This document shows positions 34,585 to 47,074 of a stretch of 64,000 nt of DNA, in pieces. Position numbers and translations under genes: made by a program. The notes beneath the pieces were generated by a model. The model was not told where the DNA came from. It made no database searches and saw only the letters and a program-made list of their open reading frames with translations. Location: assembly GCA_964019335.1 (NCBI GenBank), contig OZ025662.1:310001-374000 (forward strand), in the 5' to 3' direction. Source of the DNA: Diplonema japonicum (Eukaryota > Protista > Euglenozoa: Diplonemea). The first letter of the stretch is position 1. Each line of letters opens with the position of its first letter.

Positions 34585-35250
34585 GTTACACTATTTTTTT
34601 TTTTTTCTTTTTTTCTTTTTGTTCAAACGCTCGTGCGCAAAATAGAGCGCCAAAACAAAACAAAAAAAAAAAAGAGAACAGAAATCTAAATTTACACCAA
34701 GTTACACTTTTTTTCTTTCTCTCTTTTTTTTTTTTGCTGTGTGGTTGTGTTTTTTTTTTTCTTCTCTTTTCTTTTTTTTTCTTCCTCCCTCCTTTCACCC
34801 CCCCCCCCCCCCCCCTTGTTTCTCTCTCTCTCTCCCCATGCCTTGTACACCTCTAGGGGATAAAAGACATGTAAAAAAGAACCGAAAACAGAGAAGAAAA
34901 AATATACACACGAAGAAAAAAAAATGAAAGAAAACACGCTCGAGAAAAAAAAAAAGGAAGAAAAAAAACACAAGTACACAACTAACAACAATAAGTAGCA
35001 TACAAAAGAGAAGAAAAAAAAAGGGGGTAAAAAAAAAAGTATTATTCTAGACACACAACAACAACAAAAAAAAAAAAAAAGAGGCCTGGCTTCCGCCGCG
35101 CTTTGAACACAATTCTTCTTCCTTCTCAGATCAGGGAACGTCCTCCTTTTTGGTCTCAATCTTTTTTTCTTTTTTGTTTTCCTCCCCCCGATTGAAAAAT
35201 TGCTGCAAAATAATTTTAAAAAATATAGGTGGAGGGCCGAGAGCGCCTCA

Positions 35251-36987
35251 ATGGAGCAAGATGGTAAAGAACCGAAGAAAGTATCAGTTGCGGTGAGGAT
35301 CCGCCCGCGGCTTGAGTCGAGAGGAGAGAAGTACGAGATGAACACAGTAAAAAGGACCGATGCGAATGTGTGTGTGTGCGTGAATCCCAACAGGCTAAGG
35401 GAACAAAGCACGTACTGCTTCGACTACGTCCTTGACGAAGACGACAATCAAGAAGAAGTTTACAAGATCGCTGCAGCAGACATCGCAAACTCCTCCTTGG
35501 AAGGCACCGACAACGTCATCCTTACATACGGGCAGACAGGAAGCGGGAAAACCTACACACTACTCGGTACAAAGCTAAAAACCGACGGTTCCCTTGATAA
35601 CGATTCAGGAATCTTCCTCCGCGTGCTGTTCGACCTTCTAGCATACAAGGAGACCTGCAAGGATTCCCACCACCTTGTGATCGCACTCTCCATCATCGAG
35701 ATTTACAACGACCAGCTTCGTGACCTTTTAAACAACAAGCAGGTGCTCAACATCAAGGAGCAGGGTGACGATGCCGCCATAGTGAACCCCACTGTGAAGA
35801 CAATCGGAACGAAGGAGGATGTCAACCAAGCCTTCGACGTGGCCATCTCCAACCGTGCTGTGGCGCCCACGCTCATGAATGACACCAGCAGCCGTTCGCA
35901 TGCTATGTTCATCGTCGACCTTCTGCAGCAGCGCAAGACACCGTCCAACATGACCCCCCCTGACCCGACGCTCTACCTCAACGCTCAGCTCCACAAGGAC
36001 ACCAGCAACACTGTCCCTTTCTCGCGCATGTCGACAGGCAGGAAGAGCAACAGCAACGTGCGTGGGAAACGTCCCGCCACCCCCACACAGGTCACATACA
36101 ATGAGGATGCCGAGTTCCCCATCACACGGTCGACGCTCACAATGGTGGACCTTGCTGGGTCGGAACGTGCGAAGAAGTCTGGTGCGCAGGGCGCTGTTCT
36201 TCAGGAGGCCGTTGCGGTGAACAAGTCGCTTACCTCGCTTGGCAAGGTGGTCAACAGCCTGCACACCAACTCCAAGCACGTCCCCTTCAGGGAGTCGAAG
36301 CTGACGAGGCTTCTGCGATCCTCGCTTGTGTCGGGGCTGTCGCGCATCCTGCTCATCACCAACATCGCGCCCACAGACAGCAGCTACAATGAAACCGCAT
36401 CGTCGCTGCACTTTGCAGACAGACTTCAGGAACTGAAGGCGCCCCAGGGCGGGCAGTACAAAGTGGGCGACAGTGAGATGGAGGTGGAGTACCTGAAGTA
36501 CTTAAGGGTCTCTGAGGAGCTGGGCAGCGAGATACGGCTGGCTCAGACTTACTTCCCTAACTTCTCGTACCACCTGAAGAACAGGACGCTAGGCCAGTCG
36601 CGGCAGGAGAAGAATTACAGAGCACTGACCCAAAGCAGAGAAGAGGAGGAGAAGCGAGGGCAGGCAAGCCGGTTGCGGCAAATGGTGGCAGCTCTGGTGG
36701 CAAACCTTGAAGCCGAGCGGCCCGGGATCGCAGAGAACAAGAAGAAGCTAGAGGCGCTCACTGCAGAAATCGACGAGGAGGAGACGTACCACAAGAGCAC
36801 CGTGTCGCAGCTCAGCAGCATGCAAGAGGAGCTCAGCAAGCAGGAGAAGAGTGCCATGATGCCCCACAACACCTTCGTGAGCATCACCGCGAAGGCAGAA
36901 CAGCTCAGTACCGACCTTAAGAAGGCCACGCTGATGGAGAACCAACTCACGGTACGAATGCGTGACCTCACAAACAAAATTAAAAAT

Positions 36988-37022
<35 letters not shown>

Positions 37023-37102
37023 GCAAATCGCAAAGATCAAAAAGGAACTTAATGACTTCAAATCACCGTTGGAGGAGAACAGGAAACTGTCACAGGTATC
37101 TA

Positions 37103-37162
<60 letters not shown>

Positions 37163-37272
37163 GAAAACCAACCAAAACAAAATTCAGAGCCTGAACGAAC
37201 AGGAGCTAGAGGCAGTGCAAAAAACGAAGGTTGTGAAGGAGAGGATGGAGTGGGCTGGAAAGGTACCGTACT

Positions 37273-37311
<39 letters not shown>

Positions 37312-37921
37312 GGTTTTGAAGATATTAGATGCAAAGAAACGCGTTGAGGAGATGGAACAGGCCGTAGCAAAGCTAGAAGACACCCTGAAGAACCCAGAGA
37401 AGGCTGAACTATGGTCCGATGAAGAAGATCATGTGCCAGTAGACAAGGGCGTTTCACCGTTGGCGTGGAGGTTCGACGGGCTGAGGGAAGGGGTGAAGTG
37501 GGAAGCAGGGACAGGGAACGGCACCACAGTCCTAGAGGCCTTGAAACGGCGCGTGTGCGACATTCTTCAAAGAATTGCAGATGCGAAGATGTGTTATGAT
37601 GACGATGGCCGGCAGTTGTTTGGAATTCTAAGCCAAGTGCGTGTCACACAAGGCCACCTCGCGTGCATCTCAGCAAAGTACGCGCAGAGCGGGCAACGGT
37701 GGAGTGATAGCGCTCAGCTCATCAAGGACTGCAGTTCCAATGAGTCGGTTTCCTTTGCTGTCCGCTCGTTCATTCTGTTCCCTACAGCCACAACGGTTCT
37801 TGACAAAGGGCAGGATGGTGGTCTGGAAGTACTTGAGTTCGTCGAACTTCTTCTTAAAGAATGGCAGAGTACAGGCACCAACTCTGGCGTGCTGAAGTGT
37901 GCTGTTTCTGCCCATCCGTGA
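35251..37921 (+). CDS. Kinesin (N-terminal motor plus coiled coil)
   Basis: VAVRIRP, YGQTGSGKT, EIYND, SSRSH, VDLAGSE, HVPFRESKLTRLL. Introns 36952-37020, 37096-37187, 37263-37312. Confidence 0.92.
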
Positions 37922-38216
37922 AGGGAAAAAAAAAAAAAAAAAAAAAAAAAAAATGAGAAAGAAATGAAAATGAACGAAATGTTGTCACACACACTCTCAT
38001 CTCATAGATAGATTTTTTGTTTTATCGTTAATATTATTTTTTTTTTTTTTCCCCTTTTCTTTTTTTTTTTTTCTTTTTTTTATCTTGTCCTCTTCGCGTT
38101 TCCTGTACATAATCAATAGTAAGCAAAAGAAAGAAGAAAAAAAAAGGAACGAGGGGGGAAATAGGGGGGGAGAGTTTGTAAGAGACTTGACAACCAATGT
38201 CACCGATGGTACTCCT

Positions 38217-38269
<53 letters not shown>

Positions 38270-38710
38270 AGTTCCAATTTTAAAAAAAAAAGGAAGAAAG
38301 GGTAAAAAAAAGGGAGGTTTCCCTTTGTCTCTACTACTCTTTAGTTTGTTAAGCATTCGATTAAGCAAATACGAAGAACAAAAGGGGGGGGGGAGGGGGG
38401 AAGTAAACGAAATTTTCTTTGTTCATATTTGTTTATTTATCCCGTTCTGAGTTGTTTTACTTGTCCGTACACCCACCCTTTTTTTTTTTATCCTCCTTTT
38501 TATTACCCTATGCAAACCTGTGCAAAAAAAAAAAAGATTTTTTTTTTTTTTACTAATGAAAAAAGAAAAGATAAAAAGAAAACCCCCTTTTTTTTTTTCC
38601 CCCTCACTCTTTTTATCCTTTTCTCCTCTCGAGGAGGAGGGGGGGGAAAAAAGAAGAGAATGAAATTGAAAATGAAACGCCTTTTTGTGTTAAAAAAAAA
38701 ACAAGTCCAA

Positions 38711-38744
<34 letters not shown>

Positions 38745-38887
38745 TTTTGTTTTGTTTTTTATTTGTTTCCTTCAAGCAGAAATACCCCCAATCTGGGGGA
38801 AAAAGAAAAAAAAGAAAAAACAGCAAAGGAGGTGGTTGGGGAGGGGAAAGGCAGCAACCCAAAAAAAAAAAAAAAAAGAAAAAAAAA

Positions 38888-40507
38888 ATGTTTTCAATAC
38901 TAGTGGCAGCGGAGATGGGGCATGCGAACCAAAACTTTCAAATCAACTTCCCAGCCCATCCGACAATCGACGAGCTGAGGCGACAGACGGACGCCATTTT
39001 CAGACAGGAAGCGAACAAAGTACAACTGGTATTTAATATCGGCAGGTTCCAGCTCTATAAAGAAGGGGTATGGGTGGACCTCACCAGCCCAGGCCAAATC
39101 CATGAAGGATGCCAACTCTTTGTCCTGCCCGAGGAACCACGTATGGCATCTACAAATACTCCTTCTTCCGTTCTGTACTCAAAATTGAAGGGAAATGTTG
39201 GACTGGAAGAGAAAATCGATGCACTGTTCAACGAGTTCGATGTTAACAACGATCGAACTATTGATGCGGGTGAGATGCACCGTGGGATGGAGGCCCTGAG
39301 AGTTGAGTTCAACCATGCAACGATAGCCGATCTGTTCAAGAAGGGCGACAAGAATAAAAGCGGCGTCATAGAAAGAACAGAATGGGAGGCCTTTTGCCAA
39401 CGGTACCCCACACTCCTCGACAGCTTGTTCCTTCGTTTAAAATCTGCGAGAGACACGGTACTGCGTGACAACGACCTCCGTGACGCTCATCAACTTTTAA
39501 ACGATTTGAAACGACAGGCTGCCGCGGCTGAACAAGATTGGGACGCAGCACGCAGAGCATGTGATGAGGCACATCAACGATTCAGCGAGGTCGAACAATC
39601 TCTCGCGAATGCAGCAGAGGCTTCGATAAACCTTCAGAAATACCGGCAAGAAGCAAGCCGTGAAGTGGCCGATTCTGAAAATACCATTGCAGAAGCTAGG
39701 CGTCACATAGGGGTTTGCAAGGATAGGGAGCATCAATGTCAGAATTTGCTTTTGGATATGCAACATGAGATTTCGGCTCAAACAGCACGCGTGCACGCTT
39801 GTGCACAGCAAACCCTAGCCGCGGATGAACGGGAGCGAGCGGTGACACAGCGGTATCAAGAAACCCTTGCAATTGGAGAGGATGTTAAAAATGTTTTGAA
39901 AAACCTTGACGTCGCGTTACGTGATGCCAGGCACAGGGAACAGCAAGGCGCCGCGGCAGTCGGGGATGCAAACCGTGACACAAACATAAGCTTCGAAACT
40001 TTCGAACGCTCTGATGCAGATGTGAACACCGTGAAACAAGCAGAAGCAAGAGCCTCAGAAGCGCACCGAGCCGCCTTCACCACCATCACTCGAATCACAT
40101 CACAACAAGAAATCGATCAAAGAACATTCGCAGAGTTACAAGGCGCACAAGCCGCCGCTCACGACCATCTTGTAAGCATACGTTGCAACATTGAAGCTAC
40201 CATGTTGAGGCTTGAAAGCTTGGAAGCGGAAAACGCCGCTTTCAATCAGCGGAGGTGCCAAATCGAGCACCAGGAGACACCTCTTATAGAACAGGAGATA
40301 CGGTTAAGGTCGCAGAGAAACTATTTGGAGGTGGAGGAGGAGAAGCTGCGTGTTGGGTGTAATTCGTTTCAAACCGCAGCCACCGAGGTTATCCACCAGC
40401 ATGTTCATGTGATCCCTGATGACTCCCTCACTGCCGCTGCCGAGCGTTACACGAACACCGTGTCAAGGCACCGCGTGAGGAGCGCGAGCCGTTCCCGTAT
40501 TTTGTGA
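38888..40507 (+). CDS. BILBO1-like protein (ubiquitin-like NTD, two EF-hands, long coiled coil)
   Basis: FSILVAAE..NFQINFPAHPTIDELRR..WVDL..QIHEGCQLFV matches the BILBO1 NTD; EF loops DVNNDRTID and DKNKSGVIE; C-terminal EQEIRLRSQR. Confidence 0.85.
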   Translation: MFSILVAAEMGHANQNFQINFPAHPTIDELRRQTDAIFRQEANKVQLVFNIGRFQLYKEGVWVDLTSPGQIHEGCQLFVLPEEPRMASTNTPSSVLYSKLKGNVGLEEKIDALFNEFDVNNDRTIDAGEMHRGMEALRVEFNHATIADLFKKGDKNKSGVIERTEWEAFCQRYPTLLDSLFLRLKSARDTVLRDNDLRDAHQLLNDLKRQAAAAEQDWDAARRACDEAHQRFSEVEQSLANAAEASINLQKYRQEASREVADSENTIAEARRHIGVCKDREHQCQNLLLDMQHEISAQTARVHACAQQTLAADERERAVTQRYQETLAIGEDVKNVLKNLDVALRDARHREQQGAAAVGDANRDTNISFETFERSDADVNTVKQAEARASEAHRAAFTTITRITSQQEIDQRTFAELQGAQAAAHDHLVSIRCNIEATMLRLESLEAENAAFNQRRCQIEHQETPLIEQEIRLRSQRNYLEVEEEKLRVGCNSFQTAATEVIHQHVHVIPDDSLTAAAERYTNTVSRHRVRSASRSRIL

Positions 40508-40513
40508 GGTGGT

Positions 40514-40553
<40 letters not shown>

Positions 40554-41002
40554 TATGTACACTGTTTTGGATTTGTTTTTTTTCTAAGCGATCCTGTCAC
40601 ATACTGCAGGTTCCCTTCAAAGACATCTTTTTTTTTTTTTTTTATTTTATTTTTTTTTTTTTTACTGTTGTATTTGTTTGTTTAGTACCCCTCCCTGTAT
40701 CTCCTTCCTCTCTTTTCCATATTCTCTCCCTTTTTTAGAATTTGTTGACACTTATCTTTTTTTTTTTAAAGGCTCTTCTTTTTTTTTTTCTATTCTTGAA
40801 AGCTGCCGAACCTTTTCATAAGAAAAAAAAAAGAAAAAAAAATCAAAAACAAACAAAGGTAGGTAGGGTAAATTCCATCTACATACACACAAAAAAAAAA
40901 TGCAAGCGGCGCAACCAGGTATGGGAAAAAAAAAAAAAAAAAAAAAAAAAAAAACACCCACCAACAAAAAAAGGAAGCGGAATAAAATGTACGGGAGACC
41001 AA

Positions 41003-41731
41003 ATGGCGCAATTTGAGAGGGGCGTGGAGGCAGTTTTCCAGGTTTAAATAAAAATCTTTTCTTTTTTTGAAAAAAACTGTTTTCCACAGGGATGGTCAGG
41101 CCTGCAACTATGCAAGGAGAACACCCACCCTGTGGAGAAAGCAGCAAGGGCTGTCGAAGAGATGAGGGCTGACATCATCGACTGGTTCGCGAAGGAGGGC
41201 GAGATATATGATGACGAGATGGAGGACTACATAAGGGCGGAAATTGAAGAGACGATGGACGCGGGGCTGGAGGACGGCAGCGTGGAGGAAGTATCTAAAT
41301 ACTTCAATATAATGTTCCGGGAGTGTGCCGTGGGGAACTACGCCAGCGTGGAACGAGCAGTAGCCAACGCAACACAATCTGGCAACAACACCAGTGCCTC
41401 TGTCTGTCATGAGCAATGTGAAGGGTGTGAAGGGTGTGATCACTCTGATGACGAGGATATGGATGAGTCTGAGGTACCCCCTGCCCTCGAGTCTGCCTTT
41501 CCCCATGAGTATTTGAATGAATGCTTTCGGCGGATCACTGCAACTCTTACCGCTACGACACCTCCTCCTTCTGACCCTGCCGCTCTCCTTTCTGCGCTTC
41601 ACGTTGCCACCACAGATTTACTGAAGGCGGAGAACGTGCCTGTCCCGCAAACAGCCCCGCCGAAAAAGAAGAAGAAATCCGGTAAGAACACCATTGAAAC
41701 CGGCGACGACGGGTGGTCCACTGTGAAATAA
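41003..41731 (+). CDS. TSR2: Pre-rRNA processing protein Tsr2
   Basis: FERGVEAVFQ|GWSGLQL, IIDWF, LEDGSVEEVS, C-terminal DDGWSTVK. Intron 41042-41089. Confidence 0.85.
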
Positions 41732-41791
41732 TTTTTTTTTTAAAAAGAGAGAGAAAACGTTGAGGCAGGTGCTTCCTTCATCATTTCATCC

Positions 41792-41824
<33 letters not shown>

Positions 41825-41939
41825 CTTCTCCCCCCCACCCCCCTTCCCCCGTTCATCACAGTATTTTTCGGTTTCTTTTTTATTTTTCTTTGTGGGAAAA
41901 AAAAAAAAAAAAAAGAAAAAAAAAATCGTTCTCACCAGG

Positions 41940-43166
41940 ATGTACCGGGTGGAGGGCAATGAGGACACAACACACTTTGAAGCGGGCGTCCTTCAAGGAG
42001 GCTTGGACGAGATAGTAAAGAGAAGCTGTGTGGTACAGGCACCTGGTGTTGGTGGTGTGGTTGGCGTCATCAACGCAATGAAACGAGTGCACGAGGTGGT
42101 GGTGGTAGCGGTGCACGGCTTGGAAGGGGAAGACGACGACGACGACGACCAGCTTGGGGTAGGGCCGGACTGCACAGACTGGCTAGAAGACAACACAATA
42201 CAAACAGCCCTGGTTGGGACAATACAACGAGGGAACACAAGTGCTGCACAATGGCTGCAGAACCATGACAACGCCGCCGCCGTATTTCTACAGTGCGAAG
42301 GCGCACAACCTTTGCCCTGCAACCTCCCCGCAACAGCCTGTGCAGTGTTCCACGTCTCTGGCGGCTTCTCTCTTTCATCTCTGTCAAGCTTCTTCACAAA
42401 TCGTATGCTCCGCCTCCCCCTCTATGGTGTGCGATACCTTGCCCCGTCGTGTGACGTCGAACTGCGTCCTGTAGACGCGAATCAACAGGATACGAACAGT
42501 GAGTTGCTGGAACTCTTTCCGTCATTGCTGGGTTATCCCATGGGCCCGACGCCTGTGTCTCTTTCACAAATTATATCGACCCCTGTTACCTCTCTTGATC
42601 GTGATGGTTTTGCTACCGAGGTGCGTGCTATTCTGGAGCACGCTGTCTCCCTTGGCTCTTTGGTGGACCTGCGTGGTGTCCTGTTGGAAATCCTTGTTCT
42701 TGCCGAACGAACTGTAATAGAGCGCCCGTGTGGTGCTGCATTGGAAATCATTAAGCGGGGACGAAGCTCGAAAGTTAATACTTTACTCAGAGGTCCTTTC
42801 ACACCGGTTGCGCAGCGTGCCGCTTTGGAGTACTTGTCCAAGAATGGTGGGGATGGGACGGGGATTGTTTTGGTCTCGGAAGGCCATTGTTTCGAAAATG
42901 CTCGGGAAAAGTACCCCAACCTGACAGTGGAGCACCCTTCAGTCCTCCCCTCGCGATGTTTCGACACGCTGCTTCTCACGCTGTGCCCACAGGGCATCCC
43001 TTACACTACCCCTTTGATCTCTTACTTGCAGCACCTTGTGCCGAATGGCAGAGCCGTTGTGTTCTACGAACGACTGGAACAAAACAACCTAGACGTCATG
43101 GCCTCGCTGAGGGGGGCGCAAAAGGTTCAGGAACTGTGGTGCGCACAATGGGAGGTCGCTGGGTAA
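41940..43166 (+). CDS. Hypothetical protein (~408 aa), possible Rossmann/methyltransferase-like C-terminus
   Basis: Long ORF after an A-rich leader; FDTLLL..HLVPNGRAVVF weakly recalls class I MTase strands. Confidence 0.55.
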   Translation: MYRVEGNEDTTHFEAGVLQGGLDEIVKRSCVVQAPGVGGVVGVINAMKRVHEVVVVAVHGLEGEDDDDDDQLGVGPDCTDWLEDNTIQTALVGTIQRGNTSAAQWLQNHDNAAAVFLQCEGAQPLPCNLPATACAVFHVSGGFSLSSLSSFFTNRMLRLPLYGVRYLAPSCDVELRPVDANQQDTNSELLELFPSLLGYPMGPTPVSLSQIISTPVTSLDRDGFATEVRAILEHAVSLGSLVDLRGVLLEILVLAERTVIERPCGAALEIIKRGRSSKVNTLLRGPFTPVAQRAALEYLSKNGGDGTGIVLVSEGHCFENAREKYPNLTVEHPSVLPSRCFDTLLLTLCPQGIPYTTPLISYLQHLVPNGRAVVFYERLEQNNLDVMASLRGAQKVQELWCAQWEVAG

Positions 43167-43399
43167 AAAAAAAAAAATTGCAAAAGCTTTCATAATATAT
43201 ATATGGTCACATTATATTTCGCTATTTTTGTCACAAAGGTTTTTCTGAAAACTGTTGTGTGAATCCTTTTTTTTCGGTGCGGATTTTCTTTTTTTTAACC
43301 AAGTCCCCCCCAAAAAAAAAGTGGGGGGAAGTCATTAGCCCAACCTGACCGCTGCGATAAAACAAAAAAAAAAAAAAGGAAGAAGTAAAACAATATAAA

Positions 43400-45170
43400 A
43401 TGGCGAGCCACCTGGACATCCCGTACAACAAGCTGGGGAACATCAGGGATAAGGTGCCGCTGAACTACTGCGTGTTGAAACTGCCGGAGTACGGGAAGGG
43501 GGGCAGCGGTGGGGGTGCGGAGGGGAAGGTCTACGTCGAGCCGACGACAAGCTTCGACGAGGCTGTCAAAGGGGAGTGGGGGAGACACGCCCTGACAGGC
43601 CCCATGAAGTTGAGGGCCGTAAAAACTAACCCGAAGCTGAGGGACGTCGCTTTCGCGAAATGGGAAGTAGAACCTCTACCGACAAGCTGCAACCTAGCAA
43701 CAGCCCTAAACATCATCGCAAAGGCAAACGGAACGGACAAACGAGCTTTGAAGTATAAAATCCGTTTTTGCGACGCGTCTGAACTAACGTTCACACGGTC
43801 CGAACCCTCCACAGCAGCCTCGCTGGCGTTCACAAACTCATACCTACCGAACACAGCCTTCGACAAGCTGACAAAAAGCCACCGTAACAGAGATGCCGCC
43901 AAACCGTTGCTCAATCCTTCCAATAAGTTCCTTGTGAATCTTCAAGGTCACCATATCAAACGTAAAGGAAACACAAAGCTTCCAACCGTCGGCCGGCAAG
44001 GCTCGGGAATCGCACCCTTGACAACCTCCAGCTTCCCAACGTCCGCGCAGAGAAAAGAACTGTTTCACCAAATCGACCCGAACGGCAACGGGATGTTGTC
44101 CCTGGCTGAGCTCGACAAGGGGGTCGGCATTTTGTGGCCGGAATTCAACAACAAACCGGCCATCATGAGGGCGTACAAGGCGGCGGACGTGAACGGAACA
44201 GGGTTCATCGCGAAGAGGGAATTCCGCTTATTCCTGAAATATCTGTATTACTACAACCAGTTGTGGAAGAAATACTCAAAAGGCGATGCCGACGGCGACA
44301 GGCGTATCACCCTTAAGGAACTGCAGAACATGTCTGGCTCGCTGGGCCTGTCGCAAGATGATGCCGAAAACGCTTTCAACACCATGGACCGAAACAAGGG
44401 CGGTGTTGTCCTCTTCGATGAATTCGCTATGTGGATGGCGAAGAACCGTGCCGATAAGGAACTGGGGAGCACTCTTCAAAGCGCTGCAATGGGCAACTCG
44501 GTATCCTACAATGCTCATTCTGGAAGGTTGTCTTCAAGCACGGTGTCCTCCCGGCGATCTGTGTCAAGCACAGCGTCTACTGGTAAAAGAGCAAAGCTCC
44601 CTAACCTTCACTACCCAACCCCGCAGGACCGTGCTGCCCTGTTCGACAGATTGGACCCCAACGGGAACGGACTGCTCTCCCTTGCGGAGCTTGACAAGGC
44701 TGTTGTCGAACTGTGGCCTGCCTTCAACAACAAACCTGCTCTCATGAGAGCCTACAAAGCAGCAGACCGATCTGGCAACGGTTGGATAGGAAAAAGAGAA
44801 TTCCGCCTTTTTTTGAAATTCCTTGTCTCGTACACTGAAATGTGGAACGTGTTCAGAGATATCGACACGTCGGGGGACAGGCGTATCACGAAGCAGGAGT
44901 TGGTATGTGCGAAGACGAACGGGAGGGAATGTAATTTTTTTTTTTTTTTAAAGGTGCGAAGCAACCCTAGCATCCCTGGGCTACCTGGCCTCGATATCGC
45001 GGCAGCCTTTGATGAAATTGACAAGAACAAGGTATTTGCGGAAGTGTGAAGGGCGGGGTATAATTTCAAAAAAAAAAAATATATATATATAGGGCGGTTA
45101 CGTCCTCTTTGATGAATTCTGTTCGTACTTGGCTGAGAACAAAGCACGCAATTCTACATCCAGTGGGTGA
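43400..45170 (+). CDS. EF-hand protein with two tandem calflagin/FCaBP-like modules
   Basis: Two copies of R..LF..DPNGNG.LSLAELDK..NNKPA.MRAYKAAD..KREFRLFLK..FDEF. Introns 44903-44953 and 45032-45092. Confidence 0.85.
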
Positions 45171-45429
45171 GGAAAGAGAGGAGGAAAAAAGGAAAAGTGT
45201 TTCCATACTTTTTTCTAAAACAACGATACTGCTATTCATTCCCCTTCTGCCTCTCATGTTTTTTTCTCTTCTCCCCCCCCCCTTTCATGTACACTTTCCC
45301 CTTCTTTCTCCCTTTCTCTTTGATACTCTCGCTTTCCCCTCTTCTTTTTTTTCTTTCTCTTGACACCGGGTGGAAATTGGTCAAAACAGATAGAATTGGT
45401 TTTTTGCCTTTGTTTTTTTTTTGTCTGCA

Positions 45430-46179
45430 ATGGTAAACATCAAGAAGCTGGCACCACCTTTGAAGCCAGGGAGGCCGCTGCCATCTTTGCAGGGAAAGAA
45501 GAAAGGGCAGGCGAGCGACGGCGTGCTTGAAGAAATGGCTAGGAAAATAAAAAAATTGGAAAAGGTGATCGAGAGCTGTGACGTGGTGATGGCAAAGGGA
45601 GAACGCCTCGACCTGAGAAAGAGAAAAAAACACGCAAAACTAATAGACTCTGACGGGGTCAAGGAGCTGATAGATAGGGTCTTCTATCGAGAATTGCAGA
45701 AAAGGAAAGAACAAGACCAACTAAGAGCCGAAAAACTCCTGTTCAAACAAGAAGGCATCACCCTCAGCACCGGCCAGCTTGAGGATCTCGTCGAACGAGT
45801 TCATGATGATGCTCTAGCAAAGCGGCACATGTTGCAAGACAAAATGACTGAATCTATCAATTCACAAAACACAATCAAATGCCTGCTTTTGGACCCCGCA
45901 GCACTTCGAACCATCGGTGACAGGCTTTCCACACAAGAAATGGAGACAAGAGACAAAAAGCACCACCACCTTCGAGACAAACACCTCTCAGCCCCTCAAC
46001 AAGCACACACGTTCACCAAAGGGGAGCAGCAGGAAGCGCTGCAACGGCTGTACTTCAAACCTTTACAGCAGCTCTCCAAAACAAGAGAGTCTCTTCGCTC
46101 CCGGTACACGCCTGAGATCGAGGCGAGAAAGCTAACGCAGAACCAGCAAAACAACATGGTTTCGAGATTATGCAAGTGA
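45430..46179 (+). CDS. Hypothetical helical protein with ~40-aa degenerate repeats
   Basis: Recurring LIDRVF / LVERVH / IGDRLS / LQRLY / VSRLC. Confidence 0.65.
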   Translation: MVNIKKLAPPLKPGRPLPSLQGKKKGQASDGVLEEMARKIKKLEKVIESCDVVMAKGERLDLRKRKKHAKLIDSDGVKELIDRVFYRELQKRKEQDQLRAEKLLFKQEGITLSTGQLEDLVERVHDDALAKRHMLQDKMTESINSQNTIKCLLLDPAALRTIGDRLSTQEMETRDKKHHHLRDKHLSAPQQAHTFTKGEQQEALQRLYFKPLQQLSKTRESLRSRYTPEIEARKLTQNQQNNMVSRLCK

Positions 46180-46360
46180 TTTCCATCGCTTTAAAAACGG
46201 TTTTATTCGGGCCTACTGGGTGTTATTGTTGTGAAAACAAAACAGTTTTATTTATTTATTTTTTTTGATATTTAAATTTAGAAAGCAAAACAAAAACAAA
46301 ACAAAACAAAAAGAGGAAGGAGAGGAAGAAAGAAGAAAAGAAAACAAACCACAAGAGGCC

Positions 46361-47041
46361 ATGACGATCGAAACCCTCCCAGCACCGTCGGGTGGTATCA
46401 GCGAGAGCGGGCTGGCGGGCATCCTTGCCGCCGCACGGGAGACCGGTACCCCTGTCATGGCACCTGGTGAGCCGCCTGACTTGGTGCCCCTTGAGGACGT
46501 GACCACACCACCGAGGGTCCTTGACGATCACAGGAAGTTCATGTGCAAGGCGGCGACCCCCAACCCTGCGAGGCTCAGTGCCGAGATCCAGTACTTTGGT
46601 GCGCACACCCCGCCCCCTGCGGTCAGCAAGTACGTCGCACAGGTGAGCGAGTTACTTGAGAACAGCAACTTGCTTCCTTCTCTACAGGCTGAGGACACCC
46701 CCCAGCAGCCCGAACCCGAGGCCGCCACACTCCTTCATCAGCCTGTGCAGCAGCAGTCCCAGCAGCACCAGCACCAGCAACAACAGCAGCACCAGCAAAC
46801 TCAGCAGTCTGCCATCCCAAGCAACCAGACCCCCGGTACCCTCTACCCCGTGTGGGACGAGGGGAAGCTGGTGGGCTACATGGCGGTGCCTACGGGTGCA
46901 CAGGTCCCTCAGGCCCCGCCGCAGCCTAGATCCGCCAACTACGGGTACGTGAACAGCAACGGGCTGGACTCTGTGCAGGCACTGAGTGAGATCCACATCA
47001 ACCAGCAGCAGAGGGTGCGTGTGAACCAGAAAGACATGCAA

Positions 47042-47074
<33 letters not shown>

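Noticed and set aside
29011-45170. Apparent clustering of flagellar genes (kintoun, kinesin, BILBO1-like, calflagin-like)
   Set aside because: Interspersed with unrelated genes, and such genes are common in flagellates.
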